Shown here: positions 39,651-48,727 of the stretch, piece by piece | How positions within the stretch are numbered: the first letter of the stretch is position 1 | Layout: every line of letters starts with the position of its first letter | Assembly: GCA_963778115.1 (NCBI GenBank) | Contig: CAVZSV010000004.1 | Location: 1,312,001 to 1,376,000, forward strand | DNA length: 64,000 nt | Origin: an uncultured delta proteobacterium | Lineage (GTDB): Bacteria; Bdellovibrionota; FAC87; UBA2466 | Direction of reading: 5' to 3' | Position numbers and translations under genes: made by a program | The notes under the pieces: generated by a model | What the model saw: only the letters and a program-made list of their open reading frames with translations | Database searches by the model: none | Told to the model about the DNA's origin: nothing

Positions 39651-39683
39651 GCAGCGAACAATGTGTTCGCTAGCAGCGAACAT
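39651..39683. promoter_or_regulatory. Triple AGCGAACA operator-like array (forward/reverse/forward)
   Basis: GCAGCGAACA-atg-TGTTCGCT-a-GCAGCGAACA between divergent genes, followed by an AT-rich tract. Confidence 0.5.
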
Positions 39684-39765
39684 AGAATTATAACTAATTA
39701 ATATTACTTATTAATACATCACTAGAGGGGTAATCTTTCCCCAACCTGCTATAATTTTCCTATCC

Positions 39766-41685
39766 ATGAAAAAAACACCTCCCCCTCGCGAAGTCGACAT
39801 TCGCCACTTAGTACCGTGCGCCATCGGACTCTTTCTGGTCGTATCCTTCGTCTATGCCCTTACCCTGTTTCCTACGGTACCTCCGGGAGATAGTGGCGAA
39901 CTTATCGTTCAAAGTTATCTTTTGGGAGTCATTCATCCACCGGGATATCCGCTTTACACGATGCTAGCCAAACTCTTCTCTCTGCTTCCCTGGGGCTCTA
40001 TCGCTTGGCGAGTTAACTTTCTTTCGGCGGTTTGCAATGCGGGAGCCGCTGTTTTTATTTTCTTATCGCTTACCAAACTCACCCGAACCCTTTGGGCGGG
40101 ACTCCTCGTGGCTGGCCTTTTCGCGTTTTCTTCCATCGTATGGAGGTATTCCGTAGTCGCCGAAGTGTTCGGACTAAATAATCTGATAGTCGCAAGCTTG
40201 GTCTTTCTCTCAGTACTTTATGCCAGAGAAAAAAACCTCCGAGTCGCAAGCATCACGGCTTTCGTGATGGGATTGGGACTATCCAACCATCACACCATCG
40301 TGTTTTATGAATTCCCCTTAGGAGTCTGGCTTCTTCTTTACGGCGGGAAACCGCTTCGTCGACGATTTCATGTTTTAGTCCTTTGTGGGCTTTTGGGACT
40401 CACTCCCTATGCCTACCTCTGGTTCGCGGGGCTTCGTCACGTTCCAGGCGCGTGGGGTGATACGGCAACGCTGTCTGGGTTTCTTACCCATGTTCTTCGA
40501 CGAGAATATGGAACTTTTCAATTGGCCGCAGGCTCCGGTCATGCCACCGAACTGATGGACTATCTGGCGGCCTATTTCAAGGCGGCATTCATGGATTCTT
40601 TGTGGGTCGGGCCGCTACTCGCTTCGTTTGGGTCGTATTGGTTTTTCCAAAAACAAAAACCGGTCCAATCTCTTGTCGCGACATGGACCATCGCTTTTTT
40701 CCTCTACGTATTGGCCTTCCACTCGATGGCAAACATCACTCCCAGTCCCGGAGTTCCTCTGGCTATTTTGAGCCGCTTCTGGCAACAGGCTAATCTGCTT
40801 TTGTTTATCGGATTTGGGATGGGACTTTTTGCTCTTCATACCCCACTCAAACAGAAATCGACAATGCTCGGAGCCGGTTTCGTCGCTCTGTTTAGCGTCG
40901 CTCTCGTGGTCCAAGTGGCGCTAAACTACGGATCCTCCGATGAACATAAGAACTATACTTTTGCAAAATTGGGCCATGCCCTGTTAACGCCTCTTCCTCA
41001 AAGTAGTTTTCTGATTCTCGTGGGTAATGAAATGTTGGGATCCGCTTGGTACCTGCAGAAATGTGAAGAGGTTCGTCCCGACGTTCAAATCGCCGATCTG
41101 TTCTTACTGGAAACGGATTGGTTGAAAAAGACAATAGTCGCCAACGAAACATCGGATGTTAGCGTCATCAAATTCCCGGCGGATCATTATCTTCCTGGAG
41201 ATCCTAATGGTTACAATCTTCGCCAATTATTCGACGCAAATCTAGGACACCATCCGATCTTCATTAGCTATTTCACACCAGACTCTGTTGAAGCATCCGA
41301 CAATAGCGCCGAACAAGACTTTACGATGTGGCCTTTCGGTCTGGTGAATGAAGTCTTCTCAGCTAAGCAGCCGTTTGATCCCAATACTTACTTAGAAAAA
41401 TCCGCTCGATTTTATTCTGCCCTTCCTATCGCGGATGTCGCCCCCTTCCAGGATCGGCCCTGGGAGAACCATCTCTTACGCCTTCTTCGTGAGACTCGGT
41501 TCCAAAGAAGCTATGCTCTGATTCAACGAGGCAGTGTCGCTTCCCCCATTTCAACTGACCTGCTACGCATCGGAGTGAGCGATCTGGAGAAGCTGATAGC
41601 GTCTGATCCGTCACCCGATGCTCATTGGTACGAAACGCTGAAAATAGCGCGCCAAAGGCTTTCGCAAATTCAACCGACTCTTTGA
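39766..41685 (+). CDS. DUF2723/TMEM260-like GT-C membrane glycosyltransferase
   Basis: PTVPPGDSGEL...GVIHPPGYPLY, AEVFGLN and GLSNHHT; multiple TM helices. Confidence 0.85.
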   Translation: MKKTPPPREVDIRHLVPCAIGLFLVVSFVYALTLFPTVPPGDSGELIVQSYLLGVIHPPGYPLYTMLAKLFSLLPWGSIAWRVNFLSAVCNAGAAVFIFLSLTKLTRTLWAGLLVAGLFAFSSIVWRYSVVAEVFGLNNLIVASLVFLSVLYAREKNLRVASITAFVMGLGLSNHHTIVFYEFPLGVWLLLYGGKPLRRRFHVLVLCGLLGLTPYAYLWFAGLRHVPGAWGDTATLSGFLTHVLRREYGTFQLAAGSGHATELMDYLAAYFKAAFMDSLWVGPLLASFGSYWFFQKQKPVQSLVATWTIAFFLYVLAFHSMANITPSPGVPLAILSRFWQQANLLLFIGFGMGLFALHTPLKQKSTMLGAGFVALFSVALVVQVALNYGSSDEHKNYTFAKLGHALLTPLPQSSFLILVGNEMLGSAWYLQKCEEVRPDVQIADLFLLETDWLKKTIVANETSDVSVIKFPADHYLPGDPNGYNLRQLFDANLGHHPIFISYFTPDSVEASDNSAEQDFTMWPFGLVNEVFSAKQPFDPNTYLEKSARFYSALPIADVAPFQDRPWENHLLRLLRETRFQRSYALIQRGSVASPISTDLLRIGVSDLEKLIASDPSPDAHWYETLKIARQRLSQIQPTL

Positions 41686-41734
41686 AATAGCCCTCCGCTT
41701 GACCTACCCGCCGGATTCTGAGATGGCCAGAGCC

Positions 41735-42292
41735 ATGAAATCTATTATGTTGTGTCTAGTGCTCGGATCCCTTTCCCTTCCCCTATTCGCCTCCCCGGCC
41801 CAAGTCGTTCTTATCCGTCACGGCGAGAAACCAGACCAGGGCAACGATCTAAGCGAAGTGGGATACCAGCGGGCTAAGCTACTTCCCAACTTTTTCAATA
41901 CCAACGCGATAGTCAAAGAGTTCGGACCACCTATTGCGATCTACGCCATGGCCCCTAGCGAGGAGGACGGTTCGCTGCGTCCCATTGAAACGGTCACTCC
42001 TCTTGCTGAGAGTCTCGATCCCAAACTCGACATTCAAAAGGAATATAAGAAGAAAGACATCGAACCTCTAGTGAGCGATATCCTGTCCAACAAGAGCTAC
42101 GAGGGACACATGGTCGTTATTTGTTGGGAGCACCATATGATTCCAAAGATAGTAAAGCAGTTTGGTTGGAAGAACGCCCCTCAGTGGGATGACAATGTCT
42201 TCGACAGGGCGTGGGTACTGGGATTTACCGATGACCAGGTAAGCTCATTTCAAAATATTCCGCAAAATTTACTACCGGGAGATAGTCAGTAG
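41735..42292 (+). CDS. Secreted histidine phosphatase superfamily protein
   Basis: Signal peptide plus motifs LIRHGEKP, RPIETVTP and ICWEH. Confidence 0.8.
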   Translation: MKSIMLCLVLGSLSLPLFASPAQVVLIRHGEKPDQGNDLSEVGYQRAKLLPNFFNTNAIVKEFGPPIAIYAMAPSEEDGSLRPIETVTPLAESLDPKLDIQKEYKKKDIEPLVSDILSNKSYEGHMVVICWEHHMIPKIVKQFGWKNAPQWDDNVFDRAWVLGFTDDQVSSFQNIPQNLLPGDSQ

Positions 42293-43077
42293 GATAGGGC
42301 TCCAAAGGATTGGGGTTTAACCCAGTCGCGGTATTCGGTTTCCGCTAGGGGTACCATGGAATATTCTCCCACTCCCGACAGATATTGTTGAGCCTCATCG
42401 GCGGTTCCCGACGCTTTAATCTCCCCCGTCTGCGGATCGTAGCTAATGTAACTTCCATCAGCATGGCTCTCCACGATGTACTCCAGCCCTTTTCCAGGTT
42501 CGATATAGAGGTACCGGGAAGGTTCGTCATCGGAGACGGCGGTTTCATTCTCATCTAAAGAATCGCTTTCCGAGTGATCGGAATAGGAGTCCGCATTTTC
42601 TTCGAACGAGTCCGCAGGCTTTAATGGATCATCGGATTCCAAATTCCCCGATTCTTTCAGCCTATCCTTTCCATAAATCCATGACTCAAAATCCGAGCTG
42701 GCCGAGGTGAAATCTTGGTCTTGGTAGCTGCTTGCGGGATCGCTGTCACTGGGAGCGGGATTTTGGGTATTGTCAGGCGATTGGCCCCGACTCTCCATAA
42801 ACTGATCGAATTGAGATCGGTACTTTTGAGGAACATTGATTTGACCCTGCACGCCCGCGGCTGCCGCTTGGGCTGCTGCCGCGGCATCGCTGGCACTGCT
42901 TGCCCCGGAAAAAGCAGGAGTCATCGCTGTGTTGGAAAAGCTAGGGGCTGGGGGAGTCAAAGAAAATTGCGGAGCAAAAGCGTAAGGCAAATTTTCGCCC
43001 GAGGCCTGGGGAATGCAGGTTCCCCAAATCGCGACTAGGGATATGACCATCAACACTTTGCTTAAAAGACTACCCAC
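42286..43077 (-). CDS. Secreted acidic low-complexity hypothetical protein
   Basis: Signal peptide, S/D-rich sequence and an AGGA RBS. Confidence 0.7.
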   Translation of the reverse strand: MGSLLSKVLMVISLVAIWGTCIPQASGENLPYAFAPQFSLTPPAPSFSNTAMTPAFSGASSASDAAAAAQAAAAGVQGQINVPQKYRSQFDQFMESRGQSPDNTQNPAPSDSDPASSYQDQDFTSASSDFESWIYGKDRLKESGNLESDDPLKPADSFEENADSYSDHSESDSLDENETAVSDDEPSRYLYIEPGKGLEYIVESHADGSYISYDPQTGEIKASGTADEAQQYLSGVGEYSMVPLAETEYRDWVKPQSFGALSY

Positions 43078-43150
43078 TCCTAAATGATACCACGCGTCAT
43101 AATGAAAAAAAGGCTACTTCAAGCAGAGTTGCTTCACAATTGCTTCACAA

Positions 43151-45097
43151 TCAATCGTCTTTTTCGACGATTTCGTTTCCGGTGAGCGCAAATAACGTTT
43201 CGGAAAGGGTTTTTGTGGCCAGTACCGCGTAGAACAGTCCCCCCGCGGCGATTACAACAAAAACCAATAGAAGCAACTGAAACACCTTATAGGTGTGCCC
43301 TTGCAAAGTTTCGGGCCCCACCACGACCATAAGCGCCGTTCCAATCAAAGGAATCAGCCCGGCCAGCAAATGAAGGGGCCGCACTCGACGTCCGACATGA
43401 GCCAGTTCTTGCTTGGCTTCTTTACGAATGTCGATGCAGCCCACCCACAATTTCGGATAGAGCGTTCGAAGGCCGAAGTAGTGCGTATTGGTAAAAGAGT
43501 ACGTGGTAGCAATCAACCAGGAGAGGAAAAAGGAGAGTTGAAAGTGCCAAAAGATAGGGGCGTTCACCGGAGGATGAAATAGACCGATCGATATCGGAAA
43601 CATTAGCGACGCGAACCCCCAAGCGAGAGAGGTAATCGCAGCCACCCAAAACGGAAACCGAAGAATCAACGCTCGCAACTCACGAAGCCGAAGCGTACCT
43701 TCCGCATAGGCGGTTTCGGGGCTGTGCATGAAACGCAAGATTGGACGTTTTATCATCACCAAAACGGCGATACATGCTAGATAAATAAGCGGATTCCAAA
43801 CTTTGATAAGCTGAATAAAGAAATGTTGCTGCTCTTCATTGAGGTGGCTGACGATTCGAGATTCGTTGTAGAAAATGTTGATGACACTTCCTAGGACCTG
43901 CGGAATCAAGACCCCCAAAATATATACGGCGTTGGGATAGCGTTCGGCAAAGGGATCGTAGAAACGGCCGCGAGGAAGCTGATTTAAGATGCCGCGATAT
44001 TCGGAACACGCAAGCAACCTCTTTTCGAGCTCTTTCGCATTTTGAATCCGAAATTGAGGATCTTCTTTGGTGCATTCGTTCAAAAAAAGCTCGAGCGATT
44101 CCACAGCAAGGCGAGGTTCATTTTCAACGGAAGCGACCTTCATCACCTCTCTGAGGACTACCCCCAAAGAATAGATATCCGCGCGGTGATCAAGGGACTG
44201 AATGGATTCCGCGGAATTAAGAAAAGCACGCTTATGCTCCGTGGACATATAGTTTAGCGTTCCGCCCAAGACGACAGGGGCGGTCTGAGTATCAATCTGA
44301 CGATTTACGGAAACGTTAAAATCAGAAAGCAGCGCCCGACCGTAGCCGCTAATAAGAATGTTACTCGGTTTCACATCCAGATGGAGCACCCCACGACTGT
44401 GGGCAAAACTGAGTGCCCTAGACAACTGGTTTCCGAGCCACAACACGGTTTCGAAGGAGTTCAGTCCTTGAAGAAGCTCCCGTTCCTTGAGAATGGTTCG
44501 ATCGAACAAAAGCTGTTTAGACGGCAGTGAAGCCTCTATCATCGCTAAAATTGCGTTTCCCGAGAGCGCCTCTTTTCGCTTTTCCAATTCCTTCAAAATA
44601 TATTCGAGAGTAAGTCCGGGAATAAACTGCATGCACAAGTAACGGACGTTACGATTTTCATCGATACTTTCTGAAAACACCTGCACGATGTTGGCATGCT
44701 CTAGACTCGCCATCGTCCTAGCCTCATGCCCCATGTTACGCGAAACTTTCAACGCAACGTCGCGGCCCAACGAAATCTGGCGCGCGCGGTAGACTGAAGC
44801 GAAAGCACCTTCTCCCAAACGCTCGTGGATCTCGAAGTCGTCTATCCGATCTCCTTCCGTTAGACTGGCAACGGTGCCGGCAATTTCGCCTGAGGAGAGA
44901 AGAGACATCGCGGGTTTTTCCAGAAAATCGGAGTGCGGAGAGACATGCTTTAGCAGGGACGCGATCTCATTCTTCCATAGGGGATTTTGTAACTCGACTT
45001 CGTCCAAGAACTTATGGCGCTCCTCGGGAGCAAGGGCGATGGCCTCTCCCACCAACTCCGAGATCCTTTCCCAATCTTGCGGAGAGATTGTGGTCAT
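43151..45097 (-). CDS. Hanks-type Ser/Thr kinase with a multi-TM C-terminal domain
   Basis: Motifs LGEGAFASVY, VALK, HLDVKPSNIL, SDFN, GGTLNYMS and DIYSLG; about 6 TM helices. Confidence 0.92.
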   Translation of the reverse strand: MTTISPQDWERISELVGEAIALAPEERHKFLDEVELQNPLWKNEIASLLKHVSPHSDFLEKPAMSLLSSGEIAGTVASLTEGDRIDDFEIHERLGEGAFASVYRARQISLGRDVALKVSRNMGHEARTMASLEHANIVQVFSESIDENRNVRYLCMQFIPGLTLEYILKELEKRKEALSGNAILAMIEASLPSKQLLFDRTILKERELLQGLNSFETVLWLGNQLSRALSFAHSRGVLHLDVKPSNILISGYGRALLSDFNVSVNRQIDTQTAPVVLGGTLNYMSTEHKRAFLNSAESIQSLDHRADIYSLGVVLREVMKVASVENEPRLAVESLELFLNECTKEDPQFRIQNAKELEKRLLACSEYRGILNQLPRGRFYDPFAERYPNAVYILGVLIPQVLGSVINIFYNESRIVSHLNEEQQHFFIQLIKVWNPLIYLACIAVLVMIKRPILRFMHSPETAYAEGTLRLRELRALILRFPFWVAAITSLAWGFASLMFPISIGLFHPPVNAPIFWHFQLSFFLSWLIATTYSFTNTHYFGLRTLYPKLWVGCIDIRKEAKQELAHVGRRVRPLHLLAGLIPLIGTALMVVVGPETLQGHTYKVFQLLLLVFVVIAAGGLFYAVLATKTLSETLFALTGNEIVEKDD

Positions 45098-45100
45098 GAC

Positions 45101-45676
45101 TTAGGGCTCTTTCGTTTCACTAAGTTCACGGTACAGCCAAGCCTTGGCAATCGTCCAATCGCGTTTAACGGTCGCGGGAGAAGAATCGAGGGCTACGGCG
45201 ATTTCATCGATATTTAATCCCCCAAAATATCTAAGCTCCACCACTTTAGCCTGGCGGGCATTTAGCTTTTCTAGTTTTTCGAGTGCGGAATCGATGGCCA
45301 AGAGATCGGGCTCTTGATTTGAGCTGGAGCCAGCATGAAACTTTTCGTCAAAGCTAACGATGGTGTGATCCCCACCACGTTTCTCGGCATGGCGAGCCCG
45401 CGCATGGTCTATCAAGATCCGACGCATTAGTTGGGCGGCAATGCCAAAAAAGTGGGCGCGGTTCTGCCATTGCACCTCTTTTTGATCGATGAGGCGGAAG
45501 TAGGCCTCGTGGACGAGTGCGGTGGGCTGCAGGGTGTGGCCCGCACTCTCTTTGCGCATATAGCTTTGGGCAAGGCGACGTAACTCCGAGTAGATGCTAG
45601 GCAAAAGCGTTTCCAAAGCGTCCTGCTCGCCCTGACTGTATCGCTTTAATATCTGAGTGATATTACCGTCGTTCAT
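45101..45676 (-). CDS. ECF sigma factor, TIGR02999/ECF43-like (kinase-associated)
   Basis: Motifs YSELRRLA, HTLQPTALVHEAY, RAHFFGIAAQLMRRILIDHAR and TVKRDW..AKAWL. Confidence 0.92.
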   Translation of the reverse strand: MNDGNITQILKRYSQGEQDALETLLPSIYSELRRLAQSYMRKESAGHTLQPTALVHEAYFRLIDQKEVQWQNRAHFFGIAAQLMRRILIDHARARHAEKRGGDHTIVSFDEKFHAGSSSNQEPDLLAIDSALEKLEKLNARQAKVVELRYFGGLNIDEIAVALDSSPATVKRDWTIAKAWLYRELSETKEP

Positions 45677-45717
45677 CGCAAAGTTCTTCTAGCTGAAATG
45701 GCAACTTGAGTACAGGG

Positions 45718-46302
45718 CTATCGAAAAGCCTCTAGCTGTGGGTTAGCCCGGTGGATTTCGTAAACTTCTCCAAGGCCTTCGCAGCCTTTAGCCGCACGAT
45801 TTTCCAAAGGACTTTGGGGAACTTGCTCCCTAAGGGAGTGAACTAGGGCTCCCATAATTCGGGGATCCCTACGACCGGTGGCTGTTCCAAATTCGTCACT
45901 CTTGATCTCTTCCTCCAAGGTGCGTTTCAACAGAGCAATCGTATTGGCTCGCTCCTGCCCATGCTGATAGGGCAAGAGCTCTCCATAGACAAAGATCGCT
46001 GCGGAACTGAGATTCAGATTCTGGGAACTTATCAACGACTCTAATCTTTCTTGAGCGTGATCTAACCGAACTGAAGGATTTGCGGTGCGCATCCAATGCG
46101 CTAAATTTTCGACGGCCGCCATTCTCTCTTGGGAGGATTCCGAGCTCATGGCTTCAAAGTATCCGTCTTCGATCAGGTGTCTCCTTACGCCCTTGGCGAT
46201 CGTCTCTGTGGTCTGTTTAGCCGGTGGCTTTCCTTGGGACAAAGTCGCAATACTTCCCAGTAGGCAAAGGATCCAAATGATGATGAGTCGCCTGAGCGCC
46301 AC
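45718..46302 (-). CDS. Secreted helical hypothetical protein
   Basis: Signal peptide and a GGAGG RBS. Confidence 0.65.
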   Translation of the reverse strand: MALRRLIIIWILCLLGSIATLSQGKPPAKQTTETIAKGVRRHLIEDGYFEAMSSESSQERMAAVENLAHWMRTANPSVRLDHAQERLESLISSQNLNLSSAAIFVYGELLPYQHGQERANTIALLKRTLEEEIKSDEFGTATGRRDPRIMGALVHSLREQVPQSPLENRAAKGCEGLGEVYEIHRANPQLEAFR

Positions 46303-46432
46303 GAACTTCCCTCCAGGCTTGGCCTAGTACAATAATCCTGCCAAACCCTAAGTATTCTGCCCGACTACTCTATTTTCAGGAGGGTCTTCCCATCGGTGAT
46401 TACGAAGTGGCCAGCGTGCCATTTTTTGTCCC

Positions 46433-46490
46433 ACACGAAGGTAGGCCGTACCTTTTTGTAGCTACAAAAAGGTACGGCCTACCTTCGTGT
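46433..46490. repeat. Perfect 58-bp palindrome with no loop
   Basis: ACACGAAGGTAGGCCGTACCTTTTTGTAG|CTACAAAAAGGTACGGCCTACCTTCGTGT. Confidence 0.95.
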
Positions 46491-46541
46491 AGAGCGCATA
46501 GACAAAATAGTTGTTTCTAGCAGCGGTTCATCTTAGATTGA

Positions 46542-47918
46542 ATGCGGTTGGTCATGAAACGGGGTTGGATTTTATTTTCATTCTTTTTTGCCGCTCATCT
46601 CGTCGCCAGAGCTGCGTCCGGAGATAGTTGTGGTCTGCTCGTCACCACGTCCTTCGGACTCAGGGGTTCGCTCACTTCGATGCTAGGGCAATCTAGCCCT
46701 CTGGTAATCTTCCAAGATGGTTACCACGACGATGACGGAAAACGATTACCTCACTTTACAACGTGGCAACAAGAAGTGCGGCTAGGGACTTTGGGCGAGT
46801 TACAACAACTATCCTCGCAAGGAGAGGTGGGTTCAGGGCAGAGTTTTTATGCCGCTCTCGATAGCAAAGAAAACCTAGCGCTCATCACTCCTCAACGGCG
46901 TGTCGTTCAAATCCGAATGCCCGCAGACACCGCCGTCACGGCAGCCGTTCTTTATCGAACTCCGCTACGAGTCTTACAAAGAAGATTTCTTCCGTTAACC
47001 GAGCTGCAACAACGAGCCAATCAGGAATTATCCCTAGCCGCTTGGGAGCAGACCAAGTACTTGTCTGATTTGGCCCCCTATTATCTTTACGTACTGTCTC
47101 AAAATGCTCTGTACCGCATCTTACTAAAGCCTGTCGTCGTAAAACCCTACGAAAAGAATCTTTCGCAAGCCCTCCTCTCTGGCGTCGCGTGTATCCAAGA
47201 GGAGGAGTTCACGCTTCCCGGACGCGTTCCCAAACGACTCGTTACCGCTTCACCTTTGCCCTTGCTCGACCTGCAATACCTAGAGCAAACGAGTGCAAGA
47301 AAAAGCGTCTTTGTCATTCCCACGGCAAGACCCCATATTGCCCTTGAAGTACACCCCGCCGAGAAAGTAATTGAGCTTGGAACCTCCGAACTTTCCGGGG
47401 CCACGGAATTTCTAAAAGTGGTGTCCTCAAGGCGAGTGCTTGTGGGCTCCTCATTGGGCGATCTTTTCGTCATCGATCCGATGGAAAGAAAGATCGTCTA
47501 TCGCCCTAGTTTCGAATCTCCTGTGTGGCTACGATCGGTGAGCATGCACTCCATCGACAATACCCTGGAGATCTGGGCGGTCGATGCGCGCTCGAGACAC
47601 CTTTATCGATGGAACAGTGGGGAGAGTCCTAATGGAATGGGTAAGTTTATCGAGTGGCCCGACCAACTCCCCGAGGGAGTTGAGCCTTTGACCCTAACTA
47701 GTGTGGGGCAGTTAGTACCAGCGGGCTATTGCATGCCCAAGGAGCAAGGGCAGGAGGGTTTTTTCTCCAACTTCATTCCGTTGAAAGACGAAGTTGCCGT
47801 CGAAAGAGTGCTAGCTTTGGGTGCCGACGGCCGAATCTATGCCCACGTCTTTTCCGATGGCCATTGGAAATCACCTCGAAAATGGGTGTCCTATCCTTTA
47901 GAAGCCGGAACTCCATGA
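46542..47918 (+). CDS. Secreted hypothetical protein (beta-rich)
   Basis: 458-aa ORF with a signal peptide. Confidence 0.75.
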   Translation: MRLVMKRGWILFSFFFAAHLVARAASGDSCGLLVTTSFGLRGSLTSMLGQSSPLVIFQDGYHDDDGKRLPHFTTWQQEVRLGTLGELQQLSSQGEVGSGQSFYAALDSKENLALITPQRRVVQIRMPADTAVTAAVLYRTPLRVLQRRFLPLTELQQRANQELSLAAWEQTKYLSDLAPYYLYVLSQNALYRILLKPVVVKPYEKNLSQALLSGVACIQEEEFTLPGRVPKRLVTASPLPLLDLQYLEQTSARKSVFVIPTARPHIALEVHPAEKVIELGTSELSGATEFLKVVSSRRVLVGSSLGDLFVIDPMERKIVYRPSFESPVWLRSVSMHSIDNTLEIWAVDARSRHLYRWNSGESPNGMGKFIEWPDQLPEGVEPLTLTSVGQLVPAGYCMPKEQGQEGFFSNFIPLKDEVAVERVLALGADGRIYAHVFSDGHWKSPRKWVSYPLEAGTP

Positions 47919-48640
47919 TAGAGAATCTCAGGGTCTAGGTCTTTAAAGGATCCCTTGTCTTCTCGTTTCGGGAGGGTTCGGCCATCTATCTCCAAAATCT
48001 CTTTGTTATCCTTTGAAAGGATAAAATGGATAGGGTCCACAATGGCCGCGATAAAAATACTGGTCGGCTTCATCTTAACCTGAATGACCTTCTTGCCGTT
48101 CCTCTCGAATTCACTCTCTTTCTCGAGCTTAAAGCCTACGGTCTCCTTGCGATCCAAAACCGCAAAACGAACGGGAACCGCATCTCCCTTTAATATCTCG
48201 TCCCAATGGCTTTGAATATAGCCGACAATGAGCGGCCCAATGATGAGATTATCGGGGGCCTTCTCCTCATTCGTGTCGGTGCTTCCTTTGCGAGTATAAG
48301 AAAAAAGAAGTTTGCCGTCTTTCACATCGAGTGAGCCCTCTTCACCGGTCTGTTTATGATGAACGAGGTAGCGGGTGAGTTTTCCGTCTGTCACCGTCAC
48401 CTCTTCGGAGACCAATTCCTTTCCATCTAGTCCCGTAAAGTAGCTGTGGATGGTTCGCAATTTGTCTTTGATCGTATCCTCGCAGCGAAAATGAAATAGC
48501 TCTTTCGAGTGGTTAGTTTTGGGTTCGTAGGCGGTCCCTTCCAGGTTTTCCGCTCTTCCCGAGCGGCTCCCCATCGAGCCCCCAATCAAAAGAACGCCAA
48601 TAAGCAGACGAGAAAGGACGCAAAGTTGGTTTTGTTTCAT
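47891..48640 (-). CDS. Secreted hypothetical protein
   Basis: 249-aa ORF with a signal peptide and beta-strand-rich sequence. Confidence 0.75.
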   Translation of the reverse strand: MKQNQLCVLSRLLIGVLLIGGSMGSRSGRAENLEGTAYEPKTNHSKELFHFRCEDTIKDKLRTIHSYFTGLDGKELVSEEVTVTDGKLTRYLVHHKQTGEEGSLDVKDGKLLFSYTRKGSTDTNEEKAPDNLIIGPLIVGYIQSHWDEILKGDAVPVRFAVLDRKETVGFKLEKESEFERNGKKVIQVKMKPTSIFIAAIVDPIHFILSKDNKEILEIDGRTLPKREDKGSFKDLDPEILYHGVPASKG

Positions 48641-48727
48641 GGACTTAGTTTACCAGCTAACTCCTCAATATTTCCTCTTTCCTTTTTAACTCAATGCGTT
48701 ATTCTGCTCCCGTTCGAGGGGAAATAA

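Noticed and set aside
35877..39720. Integrated genomic island or prophage at tRNA-Gly
   Set aside because: No integrase or phage genes are present, and I saw no distal exact tRNA 3' duplication.
43129..43150. 11-bp tandem duplication TTGCTTCACAA x2
   Set aside because: It is real but short, most simply a slippage duplication at a gene end, with no support for function.
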